Assembly (NCBI GenBank): GCA_005223125.1
Contig: NJBH01000028.1
Location: 1-53,413 of the forward strand
Length of the DNA stretch: 53,413 bases
Source of the DNA: Promethearchaeota archaeon Loki_b32
Lineage (GTDB): Archaea; Asgardarchaeota; Lokiarchaeia; Sigyniarchaeales; SOKP01
Reading direction: 5' to 3'
Shown here: one piece after another, positions 37,920 through 48,986 of the stretch
Numbering within the stretch: position 1 is the stretch's first letter
Layout of the letters: the number at the start of each line of letters is the position of its first letter
The notes under the pieces: model-generated
Databases searched by the model: none
Seen by the model: the letters and a program-made list of their open reading frames with translations, nothing else
What the model was told of the DNA's origin: nothing
Position numbers and translations under genes: made by a program

Positions 37920-39026
37920 ATTAATGAGTTTTATGAAAAATTAGCGAAATTAGCCATTAATTATGCAATTAGAGTAAAAAAGGGTGATAGAATATATATT
38001 AGCGGCCCTACATTGTCAGAGCCCCTTTTTCAGGCAATGTATATTGAAATTCTTAAAGCTGGCGGTCATCCCCTATTAATTCCATATATCGAAGGATTTC
38101 AAGAAATTTTATACAAATTTGCATCTGAAGAACAATTATCATATTTAGATGACGCTGTGAAATTAATAATAAAGGAATTTGATGGTTATGTTGAAATATC
38201 GGGTGATTACAATACTCGTAAATTGAGTTTAGTAGATCCTGAAAAAATTGCAAAGTATCGTGGTTCACCAGCACGAAAAGAATTATTTGGTACTTTGATG
38301 AAAAGGATAGAAAAAAAGGATCTAAATTACCTTGTCATCCCTTTTCCATGCAATTCTTTAGCTCAAGAAGCAAAGATGGATTTATTTTCTTATTTTGAGT
38401 TTGTACAAAAAGCATTATACCTTGATAGGGAAGATCCCGTTAAAGAATGGCAAAAAATAGAACAAAAACAGGAGATTATATGTAAATATTTAAATAAAGT
38501 CGAAAATATTCAGGTTATTGGCACTGATACTAATCTTACAATGTCTGTAAAAGATAGAATATGGATAAATAGTTGTGGCTATTTGAATTTACCTGATGGT
38601 GAAGTTTATACAGGTCCTATAGAAGATTCTGTGAATGGAAATATAAGATTTACATTCCCTGGAATATACCAAGGCAATGATATTGAAAATATTTACCTTG
38701 AATTTAAAGAAGGTAACGTAGTAAAAGCCAATGCTGATAAAGGAGAAGATTTACTTAAGGAAATATTAAAAATTGAGAATGCCAATATTCTTGGAGAATT
38801 TGCTATTGGAACTAATTATGGTATAACAAAATTCACTAAAAATATGTTGTTTGATGAAAAAATGGGGGGAACTTTGCATTGTGCTTTAGGTTTAGGAATA
38901 TTAGAAACGGGTTCAAAAAATATTAGTGCAATTCACTGGGATATTTTAAAAGACATGAAATTACCAGGTTCACAAATTTTAGCAGATGAAAAGATCATTT
39001 ATGAAGAGGGAAAATGGAAAATATAG
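37920..39026 (+). CDS. Thermophilic metalloaminopeptidase (M29, AmpS/AmpT family), probable ATT start
   Basis: NLPDGEVYTGP, LGEFAIG, LFDEKMGGTLHCALG and SAIHWD. The conserved N-terminus EKLAKLAINYAIRVKKGD lies in frame upstream of the track start at 38013. Confidence 0.88.
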   Translation: MNEFYEKLAKLAINYAIRVKKGDRIYISGPTLSEPLFQAMYIEILKAGGHPLLIPYIEGFQEILYKFASEEQLSYLDDAVKLIIKEFDGYVEISGDYNTRKLSLVDPEKIAKYRGSPARKELFGTLMKRIEKKDLNYLVIPFPCNSLAQEAKMDLFSYFEFVQKALYLDREDPVKEWQKIEQKQEIICKYLNKVENIQVIGTDTNLTMSVKDRIWINSCGYLNLPDGEVYTGPIEDSVNGNIRFTFPGIYQGNDIENIYLEFKEGNVVKANADKGEDLLKEILKIENANILGEFAIGTNYGITKFTKNMLFDEKMGGTLHCALGLGILETGSKNISAIHWDILKDMKLPGSQILADEKIIYEEGKWKI

Positions 39027-39717
39027 CCATAATCCAATTCTCCTTAGATTAAATTCATTAATACTTTTTTTGATCAGTTAGATAATTAAAGAAAAGTTTT
39101 ATATACACATTTGTCTTAATATTGTAGTGCAGAAAACATATCCTTTTTTTTAAAAAAAGGGGTGATATATAGACTACAACGTATATATAATGTACAGAAA
39201 ATGCTAATGTAAACATTAAGCTCAAAAGTATGTACATTTAATACTAAAAAATAGGAATAAAACATCAAATCCTTTAAAAAGATCTATAATCAACCCACAT
39301 TATAAAAAATTCTCTTATTAATCCCATAAATTCTACTTAATTGAGGATGTTAGGATCTATGTAGTATTAAGTAAAAACTGAAATTAACACTTTCTCCAAT
39401 TCTTTTTTTGTAGATTTCCCGAAAATGTTTCTATCGAAAAAATTCTTAAAATTTTTTCTCTTTTGAAGTAAAATGATACCTATATATTATATTGGAAAAT
39501 AAAACAGCTGTAAGATTTATTACTAGGTTGTCATAAAATTTTGTACACACAAAATATTTTCATTAAAAACTTTAAATATAAGTCATATCGGATTGAATAA
39601 ATATAATTTATATATTTTTTGTACCGGAATACCATCACATAAAATTAATATAATATATGGGCTTAAAAATAAGTTTTAAGTTTAAATAATTAGAAGGTAA
39701 GAATTAGCTAATAAAAG

Positions 39718-40032
39718 ATGAAAATTAATACAAATAGCGAAGATTTTGAGTTAGAGTTTTATTTAAAGATTGTAGATTATTTTCAAGATGATAATATTAG
39801 TCGAGAGAAGAGAGAAATTTGGAAAAATCAATCAATTATACAGCTTATGAATTTACTTGAGCGAACACAAAATCGAACTTTTGTTACTAATGCCTTAATT
39901 TTTCTCCTTTCTCTGTCAGAAGATAATCCACCTGATATATACTGTAATCGTGGACGTAATGTAAATTGTATTTCAGACAAAGATAAAAAAGCTTTAATCT
40001 TAGAATTAGAAAATGAGTTCTTGCCTAATTGA
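39718..40032 (+). CDS. Hypothetical protein
   Basis: 104-aa ORF; no motif recognised. Confidence 0.6.
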   Translation: MKINTNSEDFELEFYLKIVDYFQDDNISREKREIWKNQSIIQLMNLLERTQNRTFVTNALIFLLSLSEDNPPDIYCNRGRNVNCISDKDKKALILELENEFLPN

Positions 40033-40235
40033 ATAAGAATTTGGTTTCATTTTTTAATACTGCTATTTATAAATCTTTTCAAAAGGAAATATATTTAATT
40101 AACATTCACATAAATCATAGGAATGGTAAAAATAGAGTGGGGATTATATAGTTGGAATAAGAGATTTTTATATAAAATATATATAACAATCATTTAAATT
40201 TATGAAACCTTATTTTTATTACATAAGAATATCAA

Positions 40236-43200
40236 TTGATTTCTTTTTACAAGGGGATTTTTTTGCATAAGAACTTAACAAAATCTATTTATAATAAAAA
40301 AAAAATTAAGACAATCGTAATTACTTTTATCTTCCTCATTATTCTGTTATTCAATGTTAATTTTTTCAACCAATCACTACAATATAACAACATTATTAAC
40401 AATGATACTGAAGATTTTGGGCAATATGATCATAATTTAGAATCTGCTAATGGAGAAACAATTTTATTCGAAGAAATCGGAACTGCCTTAAATATAAATG
40501 ATACGGGCGTCCTTTATAAATCGAATCAAGAAATAATGATTTCTAATCAAGAAGATTTGAATTTGTCTTATTATTTAGATGAAACAAATAATTGGAAAGT
40601 AAGTAGAATTGAAACAACCATAAATAATTTGCAAGATACGAGAAATTGGGTTAATAATAGTGGATTTCAACCAGTTACAATATTTCGTAAAAATCAAACA
40701 TTTGAAAGTGCTCATTATCCATATGTCAATATGCGTACTAGATTAACAATTGATAATACAATTCAAGAGGATGGAGCTATTTATATACGAGCTCATTTTT
40801 CTAATATCTCTTTTGATGAAAGATCACCAGTAGTAGATTCAGATCATATTTATCTTTATAACAAAAGTGCTTATGAATATTTCGAAGCTACTGGATATAG
40901 AGAAGATTTTTATTCACCTTGGACTTCTGGTGATACAATTTATGTTTGTTATGAAACTGATAATCAAAATAATAATGAATATGGGTACTTTATAGATTAT
41001 TATGAATTTGTAAATGACTCTTCTAACCTTAATTTAAATACTAAAGATTGGAAATTCAATCATGAGCAAAGTGGTTTATATGGGGCTAATACTTATGGTT
41101 GTGGAGAAATCAGGAACGCAACCGCTATGTTTGTAGGCTATCATGGGGATTGGGAAAATGAAGAATCGTTTACTTATTATGCTGATTCTTTTTCAGAAAT
41201 ATATCAAGAAAATATAAGTATTCCGAGGGGTAAAATTGTAGATGCTTATCTGAGTTTTAATTATTATGTGGAATTTGGCTTTACTACAAATGATATTCTA
41301 ATGTACTTAGCTATCAATGATAAAGTAGTTTATTCAAAAGGGATGCTAACCATAATTGAATCTGGAAAATCTATTTGGCATAAAACTGGAAATATTCCTT
41401 TATATCTATGGAATAATCTATCCAGAGTATTTGAAACTAAATATATTCAAGATCAGCTTATTAATGTTTCTATAGGTATTAAAAAAGCGGGAATTTCTAA
41501 TGTAACCTATAGTAATTACGATGATATTTTTGGTAATATAATATGGTTTGATAATATTTCTTTAGGGATAACAACAATCGCTAACGCAACTCAAGATGGT
41601 ATAAACTTAACTATAGATAATATAGATTTTCAAGATCAAGCTCAATGGGGAAGAGCTACATTAAATCTAACTAAAGGATGGAATACTGATCCTGTTATCC
41701 TAAGTCTGAATACAACATCTCCAGAACTATCTTTTAATTTAAACACAACATTGTATGGTTATCATGAAACTTTCTCTAACTATAACCAACTTTACGATCA
41801 AGGTGTATCATATAAAATATTGGAGAATGGAACGATATTTTGGACTCTATATCATTATCTTTATATGCCTCCTACCTATGAAGAATTCGAATTTAAAATT
41901 GAAAAACCAAGAAATTGGGAATTCTTATCTGTTTTAGATCCATTCCTTCAAACTCGTTATTTTGAAGGGGGAAATCTTGGGGATGATTATATATTTATCA
42001 ATAGCTCAAATGCATTATTTGCTGGATGGTATACCTTAACAGCAACCTCACCAAATTATTTAGATTTGTCAAACACTAAATTACTTAAACAGGGTCAATG
42101 GGTTCAGAAAGCTAATTTCACTACAAGTGAATCTACTCAAATATCAACACAATTAGATTATATGGGTGATATTCCTGATGACGTAGGTAATATTAATCTT
42201 ACAGTTTATCATCCTAATGGAACTATTTTCTATGAGGAAAGTCAAACACATACCAATGGTAATGTCACTTTTTCTCAGATTACGTTTGGAGCTTTCAATA
42301 CGATTGGAGGTCTTTATGAATATACTTTAGTTTGGAGTAATGGTACAGCACTAGGAGGTTTGAAATCTGATTTTATAGTGAAACATCAGAGTTCAATTAC
42401 TTTATTGAAACCCGACGATGCTAAAATTGATTTAAGAACAGAGGGATTTGTAGGGGATCTCATTCCTGTAAGAATATTCTTAAAAGATTCTGAAAATAAT
42501 CTGTCAATATCGAATGCAGTAGTTCCATATAACTGGACAGATGGAACAAGACTTTTTACTGAATCAGCATCAGGAATATATGAAACTGTGTTGAATTCCG
42601 GCGACCTAGGAACTCGGGGATTATATAATATCATTATTAGTTCAGTGAATATTGGATTTGTTCAAGCGAATTTAACTTTAGAAATTAATTTGGGAGAAGA
42701 AACAAATATTCAAGTGCTTGAATCAGATTATAATATCGAGTTACATGCTAACAGTACTATTAGATTCAAATTTACCAATTTTGGTGGGGAAGGAATTGAT
42801 GGTGCATTAGTTAATATAAGTATCAGTAATGAATCTTTATATACAATTAATAATCCAGGAAATAGTATCTATAACATCGAGTTTAGTACTCTTTTCATTA
42901 ATGAGATTGGAATTTATCAGTTATCTATTAATTTTTCTGCCGTAGCTTACGAACCTCAATATTATATATACCAATTCCAGATAATTCAACAATCAGTAAA
43001 TTTATCATCATATATAGATTCTCAAGAAATTAATGAAAATGCATTAAAGACAACTAAGTTTAACGAACACCTAAATATATCTGCAAGAGCAATCTCTAAC
43101 ATAGATCAAGATTACATTTCTGGTGGTGTAATAACCTTTATTTGTGGTACTTACCAAAAAGTCTTAGCAGAGAAGCCAAATTTCTGGTTTAATACAACAA

Positions 43201-44459
43201 TTCTACTTTCACCAGAAAATTTTTCTCTAGGAATTAATCTTGTCTATCTGAAATTTGAGCACTCTAATTACAGAACATCTACTTTTTCATTTCAATTAAT
43301 AATAGACCAAATTGAAATAAATATCGATCCAATAAGTTTTGAAGATTCTATAATCGCTGAAATCGGAGATACTATTAATATTCAAATAGAATTGCTAGAT
43401 CCAAAAACCAATATCTCTATTGAAAATGCGTCTGTGAGATACTCATGGGAATATGGATTAGGTACCTTGAATGAAACAACTCCGGGGATATATCAGGCTT
43501 ATGTTGAATTACCTGCAAATTTACGGGGAACCTATGGATTTGACCTTATTATTACTCCCGATGAATCGACTTATCAAACAACACAATATTCTTTTGTAGT
43601 TGTTATTGGAGATCCCATAGTTAGTGAACCTGGATTTCCAAGCTATTTATTATGGATTATTATAGGTGTATTAATAAGTATTGTGAGTGCCTTAGGCGTC
43701 TTAAGTTTAAGAACTTATGTTTATATGCCAAGAAAGCGTAAAAGAGAAGCAGAATTAATTTCTAAAACTCAGAGATTTAAGGATCTAAAGAATATTCAAG
43801 CTATTGTAATAGTTCACAAATTAAGTGGCATACCAATATACTCTCAAAGTTATTCAATACTAGAGAAACATAAGAAAGAGCTATTTTCAGGATTTATTCA
43901 AGCAATAACTATGATTGGTGAAGAATTCGTTGAAAAAGAAGTAGCTAAACCAGAATCTGCTGAAGCAGAAGGGGGTTATGGAGTTGAAAAGATGATTGAA
44001 TTAGATTTTAAACAATTTTATTGTCTTATCGCGGATATTGAAGATATGAGAGCTGTTTTCATTCTTAAAGAAAGATCTTCTGAAAGATTGAAGAGTCAAA
44101 TCTCCCATCTTATTTTAGCCCTCAATCTTAAACTTTCAAAAGAGTTAGAAAATTGGGATGGATCATTAGATGAATTTGAAATTTTGATTCCAGAAATATT
44201 GAATGAATACTTTGAACTATATTATAAAGAAGCTTTTAGATTGGCAACTGATATCAACCTCATTAAAATGAAAAAGGAAAAGAAATTAACAAAAATGGAA
44301 ATGCGTATTGTAAATGTAATTCAATCAATGTCAAAAGATAATATAATTACTAATCTTAATAATATCGTTGAATTAGTTAGTGAAGAAAATAAAAATCTAA
44401 TTATCGACGCAATTGAATCACTAATTAAACAAAAATTAATTATACCCTTGAACGATTAA
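40236..44459 (+). CDS. Large single-pass surface protein: signal/TM, CUB-like and Ig-like ectodomain, TM, cytoplasmic longin-like domain and winged-helix-like tail
   Basis: Many N-x-S/T sequons, beta-rich repeats, TM LLWIIIGVLISIVSALGVLSL, then IVIVHKLSGIPIYS...LFSGFIQAI. Domain names are pattern-based. Confidence 0.72.
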   Translation: MISFYKGIFLHKNLTKSIYNKKKIKTIVITFIFLIILLFNVNFFNQSLQYNNIINNDTEDFGQYDHNLESANGETILFEEIGTALNINDTGVLYKSNQEIMISNQEDLNLSYYLDETNNWKVSRIETTINNLQDTRNWVNNSGFQPVTIFRKNQTFESAHYPYVNMRTRLTIDNTIQEDGAIYIRAHFSNISFDERSPVVDSDHIYLYNKSAYEYFEATGYREDFYSPWTSGDTIYVCYETDNQNNNEYGYFIDYYEFVNDSSNLNLNTKDWKFNHEQSGLYGANTYGCGEIRNATAMFVGYHGDWENEESFTYYADSFSEIYQENISIPRGKIVDAYLSFNYYVEFGFTTNDILMYLAINDKVVYSKGMLTIIESGKSIWHKTGNIPLYLWNNLSRVFETKYIQDQLINVSIGIKKAGISNVTYSNYDDIFGNIIWFDNISLGITTIANATQDGINLTIDNIDFQDQAQWGRATLNLTKGWNTDPVILSLNTTSPELSFNLNTTLYGYHETFSNYNQLYDQGVSYKILENGTIFWTLYHYLYMPPTYEEFEFKIEKPRNWEFLSVLDPFLQTRYFEGGNLGDDYIFINSSNALFAGWYTLTATSPNYLDLSNTKLLKQGQWVQKANFTTSESTQISTQLDYMGDIPDDVGNINLTVYHPNGTIFYEESQTHTNGNVTFSQITFGAFNTIGGLYEYTLVWSNGTALGGLKSDFIVKHQSSITLLKPDDAKIDLRTEGFVGDLIPVRIFLKDSENNLSISNAVVPYNWTDGTRLFTESASGIYETVLNSGDLGTRGLYNIIISSVNIGFVQANLTLEINLGEETNIQVLESDYNIELHANSTIRFKFTNFGGEGIDGALVNISISNESLYTINNPGNSIYNIEFSTLFINEIGIYQLSINFSAVAYEPQYYIYQFQIIQQSVNLSSYIDSQEINENALKTTKFNEHLNISARAISNIDQDYISGGVITFICGTYQKVLAEKPNFWFNTTILLSPENFSLGINLVYLKFEHSNYRTSTFSFQLIIDQIEINIDPISFEDSIIAEIGDTINIQIELLDPKTNISIENASVRYSWEYGLGTLNETTPGIYQAYVELPANLRGTYGFDLIITPDESTYQTTQYSFVVVIGDPIVSEPGFPSYLLWIIIGVLISIVSALGVLSLRTYVYMPRKRKREAELISKTQRFKDLKNIQAIVIVHKLSGIPIYSQSYSILEKHKKELFSGFIQAITMIGEEFVEKEVAKPESAEAEGGYGVEKMIELDFKQFYCLIADIEDMRAVFILKERSSERLKSQISHLILALNLKLSKELENWDGSLDEFEILIPEILNEYFELYYKEAFRLATDINLIKMKKEKKLTKMEMRIVNVIQSMSKDNIITNLNNIVELVSEENKNLIIDAIESLIKQKLIIPLND

Positions 44460-44503
44460 AATAATCAGAAAGCAATCTCAATTATTTTTTTTTTATTTTT
44501 TTT

Positions 44504-45124
44504 ATGAATACTGTTAAAAGTTTAAGATTCACTTGTATTAGATGTGGAAAATGTTGTACTGATAAGAATACAATAGTAAATCTTACATATTTTGATATTT
44601 TAAGAATTAAAAACGGCTTAAAGTTAAATATAGACGAGATAATTGACATCCTAGGTTTTTATACTTTTGACAAACCATTAAGCTCAGAAGAAGAAAAGCG
44701 AATGACTATTTCTCCAATAGAAACAGAAAGAGGATTCGCTTTTATTGGTCTTCTTAAAAATAGTTCGGGTGCTTGTTATTTTTATGAATCAAATGATGAA
44801 AAATGTTTAATTTATAATTTAAGACCTATATTTTGTAAAACTTTTCCTTTTTCATTTGGGATATTAAAGAAAGTGAACAACGAAGTTAATGCTGAGATAG
44901 ATATTTTTTATACTGAAAAAGGGAAAAAATTTTGTCTAGGAATTGGAAAAGATGCTCCTTTAATTGATAAAGATCACTGGATTAATTTAGGAACAAGAGC
45001 ATTACAAGAATTAAAAAAAAACCACAATTTAATAAAGGAATGGAATAATTCTGTAAGGATAGGGAAAATTATTCCAACTGTAAAGAAATTTCTAATTATA
45101 ATCTTCAAACTAGAAAATTTATAA
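44504..45124 (+). CDS. YkgJ-family CxxCxxCC cysteine-cluster protein
   Basis: CIRCGKCC and CYFY...CLIYNLRPIFCKTFPF. Confidence 0.9.
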   Translation: MNTVKSLRFTCIRCGKCCTDKNTIVNLTYFDILRIKNGLKLNIDEIIDILGFYTFDKPLSSEEEKRMTISPIETERGFAFIGLLKNSSGACYFYESNDEKCLIYNLRPIFCKTFPFSFGILKKVNNEVNAEIDIFYTEKGKKFCLGIGKDAPLIDKDHWINLGTRALQELKKNHNLIKEWNNSVRIGKIIPTVKKFLIIIFKLENL

Positions 45125-45182
45125 AGTTTAAATCGTAATTTAGATTAGAATCTTTAATTTTTTCTTAATCTGAATAATATTT

Positions 45183-46820
45183 TTATTTATTCACAGGAAT
45201 ATATTGAGAACTAGCCAATAATGCCCAATATAATATTTCTAATTCGATTTTAAAACCTAACTTGTCGTTTCGCCAATTGAAATTTTGATCAAGATTTTCT
45301 ATATTGAAGAAATCTGTTGTATTTATTATGTAATTCAACATTAAACTGCATAATTCTGGTTCTTTATTTTTTAAGTTAAGTAAATCAAAAATAAGTAGTG
45401 CTCGTGCTGACTCAGTTACCAAATCATTGATAGAGCCATTTGGAGTTATTAATTTCTTAATCTCATTAATATAAGGTGTTTCAAATTGTTTAAGACTTAC
45501 ATTTTTATCTATTAATTTCAATAAAGCTAAATGGTGGTAAATATCCAAAATTGGCTTAAAATTTTCAAGTGTAAACAAATTTATCTTCAACAAGAAGTCA
45601 AAAATTAGATTTCTATTTATACTAATTTTTTGGCTTTTTATTATAAATTTAAAGCAAAGTAATGAATGCAAATTCAATTCTAACTTTTCTGGGATGAATT
45701 TTTCAATTTGAGAATTGATAAAATTTTCAATTTTAATAAGATCAATAAGATCTGTTTTATCATATAAATTTAATTCCGAAAAAAGAGCAAGTCCAAAGAA
45801 AATATTTCTCGATTCTGGAATTTCATTCTTTGAGGAACTAAAAATCTTATTGTTAATATAATTCTTAACAATTTCTAAAATTTCAAAATTAGTAAAAGGA
45901 ACTTCAAGATCTAACATTTTTAGAATAGATATATATAAATACAAACTTTCTAAATCAAAAAAGTCTAGGTTTAATACTTTTGAATTAATTAAGTTAACTT
46001 TTTCAATTCTAAAACTATTTCTTACATCTGGATGAATTGGAGTAAAATGTCCAAAATAATCAAGAAAGGTACCACTATCTAATTCAATATGTATATCATG
46101 ATCAATTTCAGCACTCAATTTGACAGGAGATACACTCTTTTTAGAAATTGATTTAGCTTCTATACTCTCAATCGATGATCTGATCAAATCTTTTTTCGGC
46201 GTTTTTAAAGTCTCAATAATATCTTGTTTCGCTTCACGTAATTGAACTAATATATCTAATTCTGAAACCTCTTTAGACTTAATAAATAAATCTGTAAAAT
46301 TAACATAATTATCAATATCTTGCTGTATAAGGAGTTCTTTAATATTTGGATTAATATATTTTTTCTTAAATTTATCTAACTTTGAGACAAAATATGGAGG
46401 TAATAAATCAAATAAATTTACATTTTCAAGTTTTTTAACTTCTTTTTCAAGTAAATAATCTATCAATATATTGAATAATATCTTATTCACATAATTCATT
46501 AAATAGAATTCAAAATAAGAATTATAATCCTGAATTTCCGATCTGTTTTGATTTAAAGTGCTCATAAAATTATTTTGGGCTTCATTCAACGTATCCATCG
46601 AAACTCCAATTGTATTTAATCCAGTTTTTATTGCTTTTAACATCTTTCTAAGATTTGATATTAAATGTCTTTCACTTTTAGTATCAATTTTTTTATTTAA
46701 ATCGATTTTTTTATACAAAATTAGATCTTTTAAATAGGAATAACTGTTTTGATAAAATTTTAAAATATCATCCCTCATTAAAGCAAAAAAATCCGTAAAA
46801 ATGTCAGTGATCTCTTTCAT
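45183..46820 (-). CDS. Hypothetical alpha-helical protein
   Basis: 545-aa ORF; no confident motif. Confidence 0.65.
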   Translation of the reverse strand: MKEITDIFTDFFALMRDDILKFYQNSYSYLKDLILYKKIDLNKKIDTKSERHLISNLRKMLKAIKTGLNTIGVSMDTLNEAQNNFMSTLNQNRSEIQDYNSYFEFYLMNYVNKILFNILIDYLLEKEVKKLENVNLFDLLPPYFVSKLDKFKKKYINPNIKELLIQQDIDNYVNFTDLFIKSKEVSELDILVQLREAKQDIIETLKTPKKDLIRSSIESIEAKSISKKSVSPVKLSAEIDHDIHIELDSGTFLDYFGHFTPIHPDVRNSFRIEKVNLINSKVLNLDFFDLESLYLYISILKMLDLEVPFTNFEILEIVKNYINNKIFSSSKNEIPESRNIFFGLALFSELNLYDKTDLIDLIKIENFINSQIEKFIPEKLELNLHSLLCFKFIIKSQKISINRNLIFDFLLKINLFTLENFKPILDIYHHLALLKLIDKNVSLKQFETPYINEIKKLITPNGSINDLVTESARALLIFDLLNLKNKEPELCSLMLNYIINTTDFFNIENLDQNFNWRNDKLGFKIELEILYWALLASSQYIPVNK

Positions 46821-46949
46821 GTCTCAAATATTTTATTATATTCTATTAGATATATTGAAAATTATTTATCAATTTTATTATGTTTTTGTATATTTATTTT
46901 TTTCCTTGTTGGTAATCTTTATTATCTGAAGGGTATTAATTTCATTAAT

Positions 46950-48224
46950 ATGCCTCAAGAAAAATCTAGATTAATTATTAAATCAGGAAATGTTTTTGAT
47001 TCAGTTAAAGGGATTTTGAAGGAAAATCAAACAATTGTAATTCGTGAAAATAAAATTCAATGGTGTGGAGAGGATGATGCTTTTGAGAAAGAAACGAATG
47101 ATAAAATTATTGATGTTAAGGGAAAAACAATTATTCCAGGAATGATTGATTGTCATGTCCATTTAGAATATTTGCATGAATTTTTTAGCAACATTGAAAG
47201 AGCAATTCTTCGTAATAAAGAAGCTATGTTCGGATATTATGCGCTTAAAAATGCCCAAGAGCATCTCAAATCCGGTTTTACAACGCTTCGTGATTGTGGC
47301 TCTCAGACTTTAGCACCAGCTTCTCTTCGAAAAGTGTTTGATAATGGATTATTTCTTGGCCCAAGATTAATAGTGGCGCAACGTGGTATCTTTCAATGGG
47401 GTGATCAAGAAGAATTTGGACCACAAGATTGGATCAATTACTTGAGAAAAGATGAAGTAATTAGTGGACCTGATGGAATTATTCATGCTGTTCGTGATCA
47501 GAAAAGAAATGGGGCAGATTTTATCAAAACAACAACTACGGGTGGAGTCCTCCACGGACAAGATAGTAAAGTAGAGTTATCGTTGTGGAATATTGATGAA
47601 CTTAAAGCAATGGTGTTAGAAGCAGAACGCTTGGGTATGCATGTTGCCGCTCATGCGCATGGAAGTTTGGGAATTCATAATGCTGTTCAAGCTAACATTC
47701 ATACAATTGAACATGGAACATTGATTACAGAAGAAACAGCATCAATAATGGTAAAGAAAGGGTTATATTTAGTACCTACTCAATCTGCTATGACAGCAGA
47801 GTTTTCTTCAGAAATGAAGAAAACATTTCCACCAGAGGTTATTGAAAAAGGGGAATATTTAGCTAAAGAAGTTATTGAACATCATAAAATGGCTTTTGAT
47901 AAAGGGGTAAATATAGCATTAGGTACAGATGCACCAGTTGCAAGTGCTCATGGAAATTCGGCTCAAGAATTAATATTAATGGTTAAAAATATGAGGATGA
48001 CTATAGCTGAAGCTTTACAAGCAGCGACTATTAATGCTGCGCGAGCTATAAGAATGGAGGATAAAATTGGATCCATCGAGGAAGGAAAATTTGCTGATTT
48101 AGTAGTTGTCAATGGAAATCCACTTGAAGATTTAACTTTACTACAAAAATCTAATAATCTACATCACATTATAAAAGATGGCAGGATTGTAGCGGAACAA
48201 GGAAAAATCACATATTTTAACTAA
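46950..48224 (+). CDS. Metal-dependent amidohydrolase (Xaa-Pro dipeptidase-like)
   Basis: PGMIDCHVH, GADFIK, AAHAHG, TIEHG, GTDA and GKFADLVVV. Confidence 0.92.
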   Translation: MPQEKSRLIIKSGNVFDSVKGILKENQTIVIRENKIQWCGEDDAFEKETNDKIIDVKGKTIIPGMIDCHVHLEYLHEFFSNIERAILRNKEAMFGYYALKNAQEHLKSGFTTLRDCGSQTLAPASLRKVFDNGLFLGPRLIVAQRGIFQWGDQEEFGPQDWINYLRKDEVISGPDGIIHAVRDQKRNGADFIKTTTTGGVLHGQDSKVELSLWNIDELKAMVLEAERLGMHVAAHAHGSLGIHNAVQANIHTIEHGTLITEETASIMVKKGLYLVPTQSAMTAEFSSEMKKTFPPEVIEKGEYLAKEVIEHHKMAFDKGVNIALGTDAPVASAHGNSAQELILMVKNMRMTIAEALQAATINAARAIRMEDKIGSIEEGKFADLVVVNGNPLEDLTLLQKSNNLHHIIKDGRIVAEQGKITYFN

Positions 48225-48239
48225 TAGATTGAATATCTT

Positions 48240-48986
48240 ATGGAGAATTCTAGTTTTAACCAAATTGCTAAAGATTACCATTTAAAACGAAAAAAACCAT
48301 GGCGCCCCCTAATATTTTTTCTTGATTATTTAAAAAAAAAGGCTTTTACCTTTAGGGGACCTTCTTTAGATTTGGGGTGTGCCAACGGAAGAAATTTTAA
48401 GTTAATGAATACTCCTCCTAATAAGTTAATTGGATTAGATATTTCTCTCGAATTATTAACAATTGCTAAAAACAATTTGAAAAAAGTTAACCAATTTTCC
48501 CAATATGAATCAAGATTTATTCAACTTTTACTTGGAGATATTGCAAGCCTTCCATTTAGACAGAATTCAATCTATACTATTTACTCAATTGCTACATTAC
48601 ATCATATAAAGAAAAAAAGTGTTAGAAAAGATACAATACTTCAGATGTATGATTTGTTAAAAAAAAATGGCAACCTGATCCTTACTGTATGGCGAAAATG
48701 GCAAAAAAACTTTAGAAATTATTTCTTCTTGGAATGGTTTAAAAGAAATGTTACTGTAAATTATAAAAAACAACAAAAAATTATAGGATTAGAAGAATTT
48801 GGAGACAAGTATGTGTCTTGGACAATTTCTAAAGAACAAAAATCCTATAATAGATTTTATCACTTTTTCTCTAAATATGAACTTAAAAGAATACTAAGGA
48901 TTTTTGATTTAATTGAGTTTAAAATAACAGGTGGTCCAACTAATAAAGACAATTTTTTTATTTTTGCTCGCAAACCTAACCATTAG
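48240..48986 (+). CDS. Class I SAM methyltransferase, Trm9/ALKBH8-like
   Basis: LDLGCANGRN, SIATLHHI, LILTVW, D.YVSW and RFYHFF..YEL. Confidence 0.75.
   Translation: MENSSFNQIAKDYHLKRKKPWRPLIFFLDYLKKKAFTFRGPSLDLGCANGRNFKLMNTPPNKLIGLDISLELLTIAKNNLKKVNQFSQYESRFIQLLLGDIASLPFRQNSIYTIYSIATLHHIKKKSVRKDTILQMYDLLKKNGNLILTVWRKWQKNFRNYFFLEWFKRNVTVNYKKQQKIIGLEEFGDKYVSWTISKEQKSYNRFYHFFSKYELKRILRIFDLIEFKITGGPTNKDNFFIFARKPNH

Noticed and set aside
39027-40235. Possible replication origin
   Set aside because: No ORB-like repeats with G-strings recognised and no adjacent orc1/cdc6.
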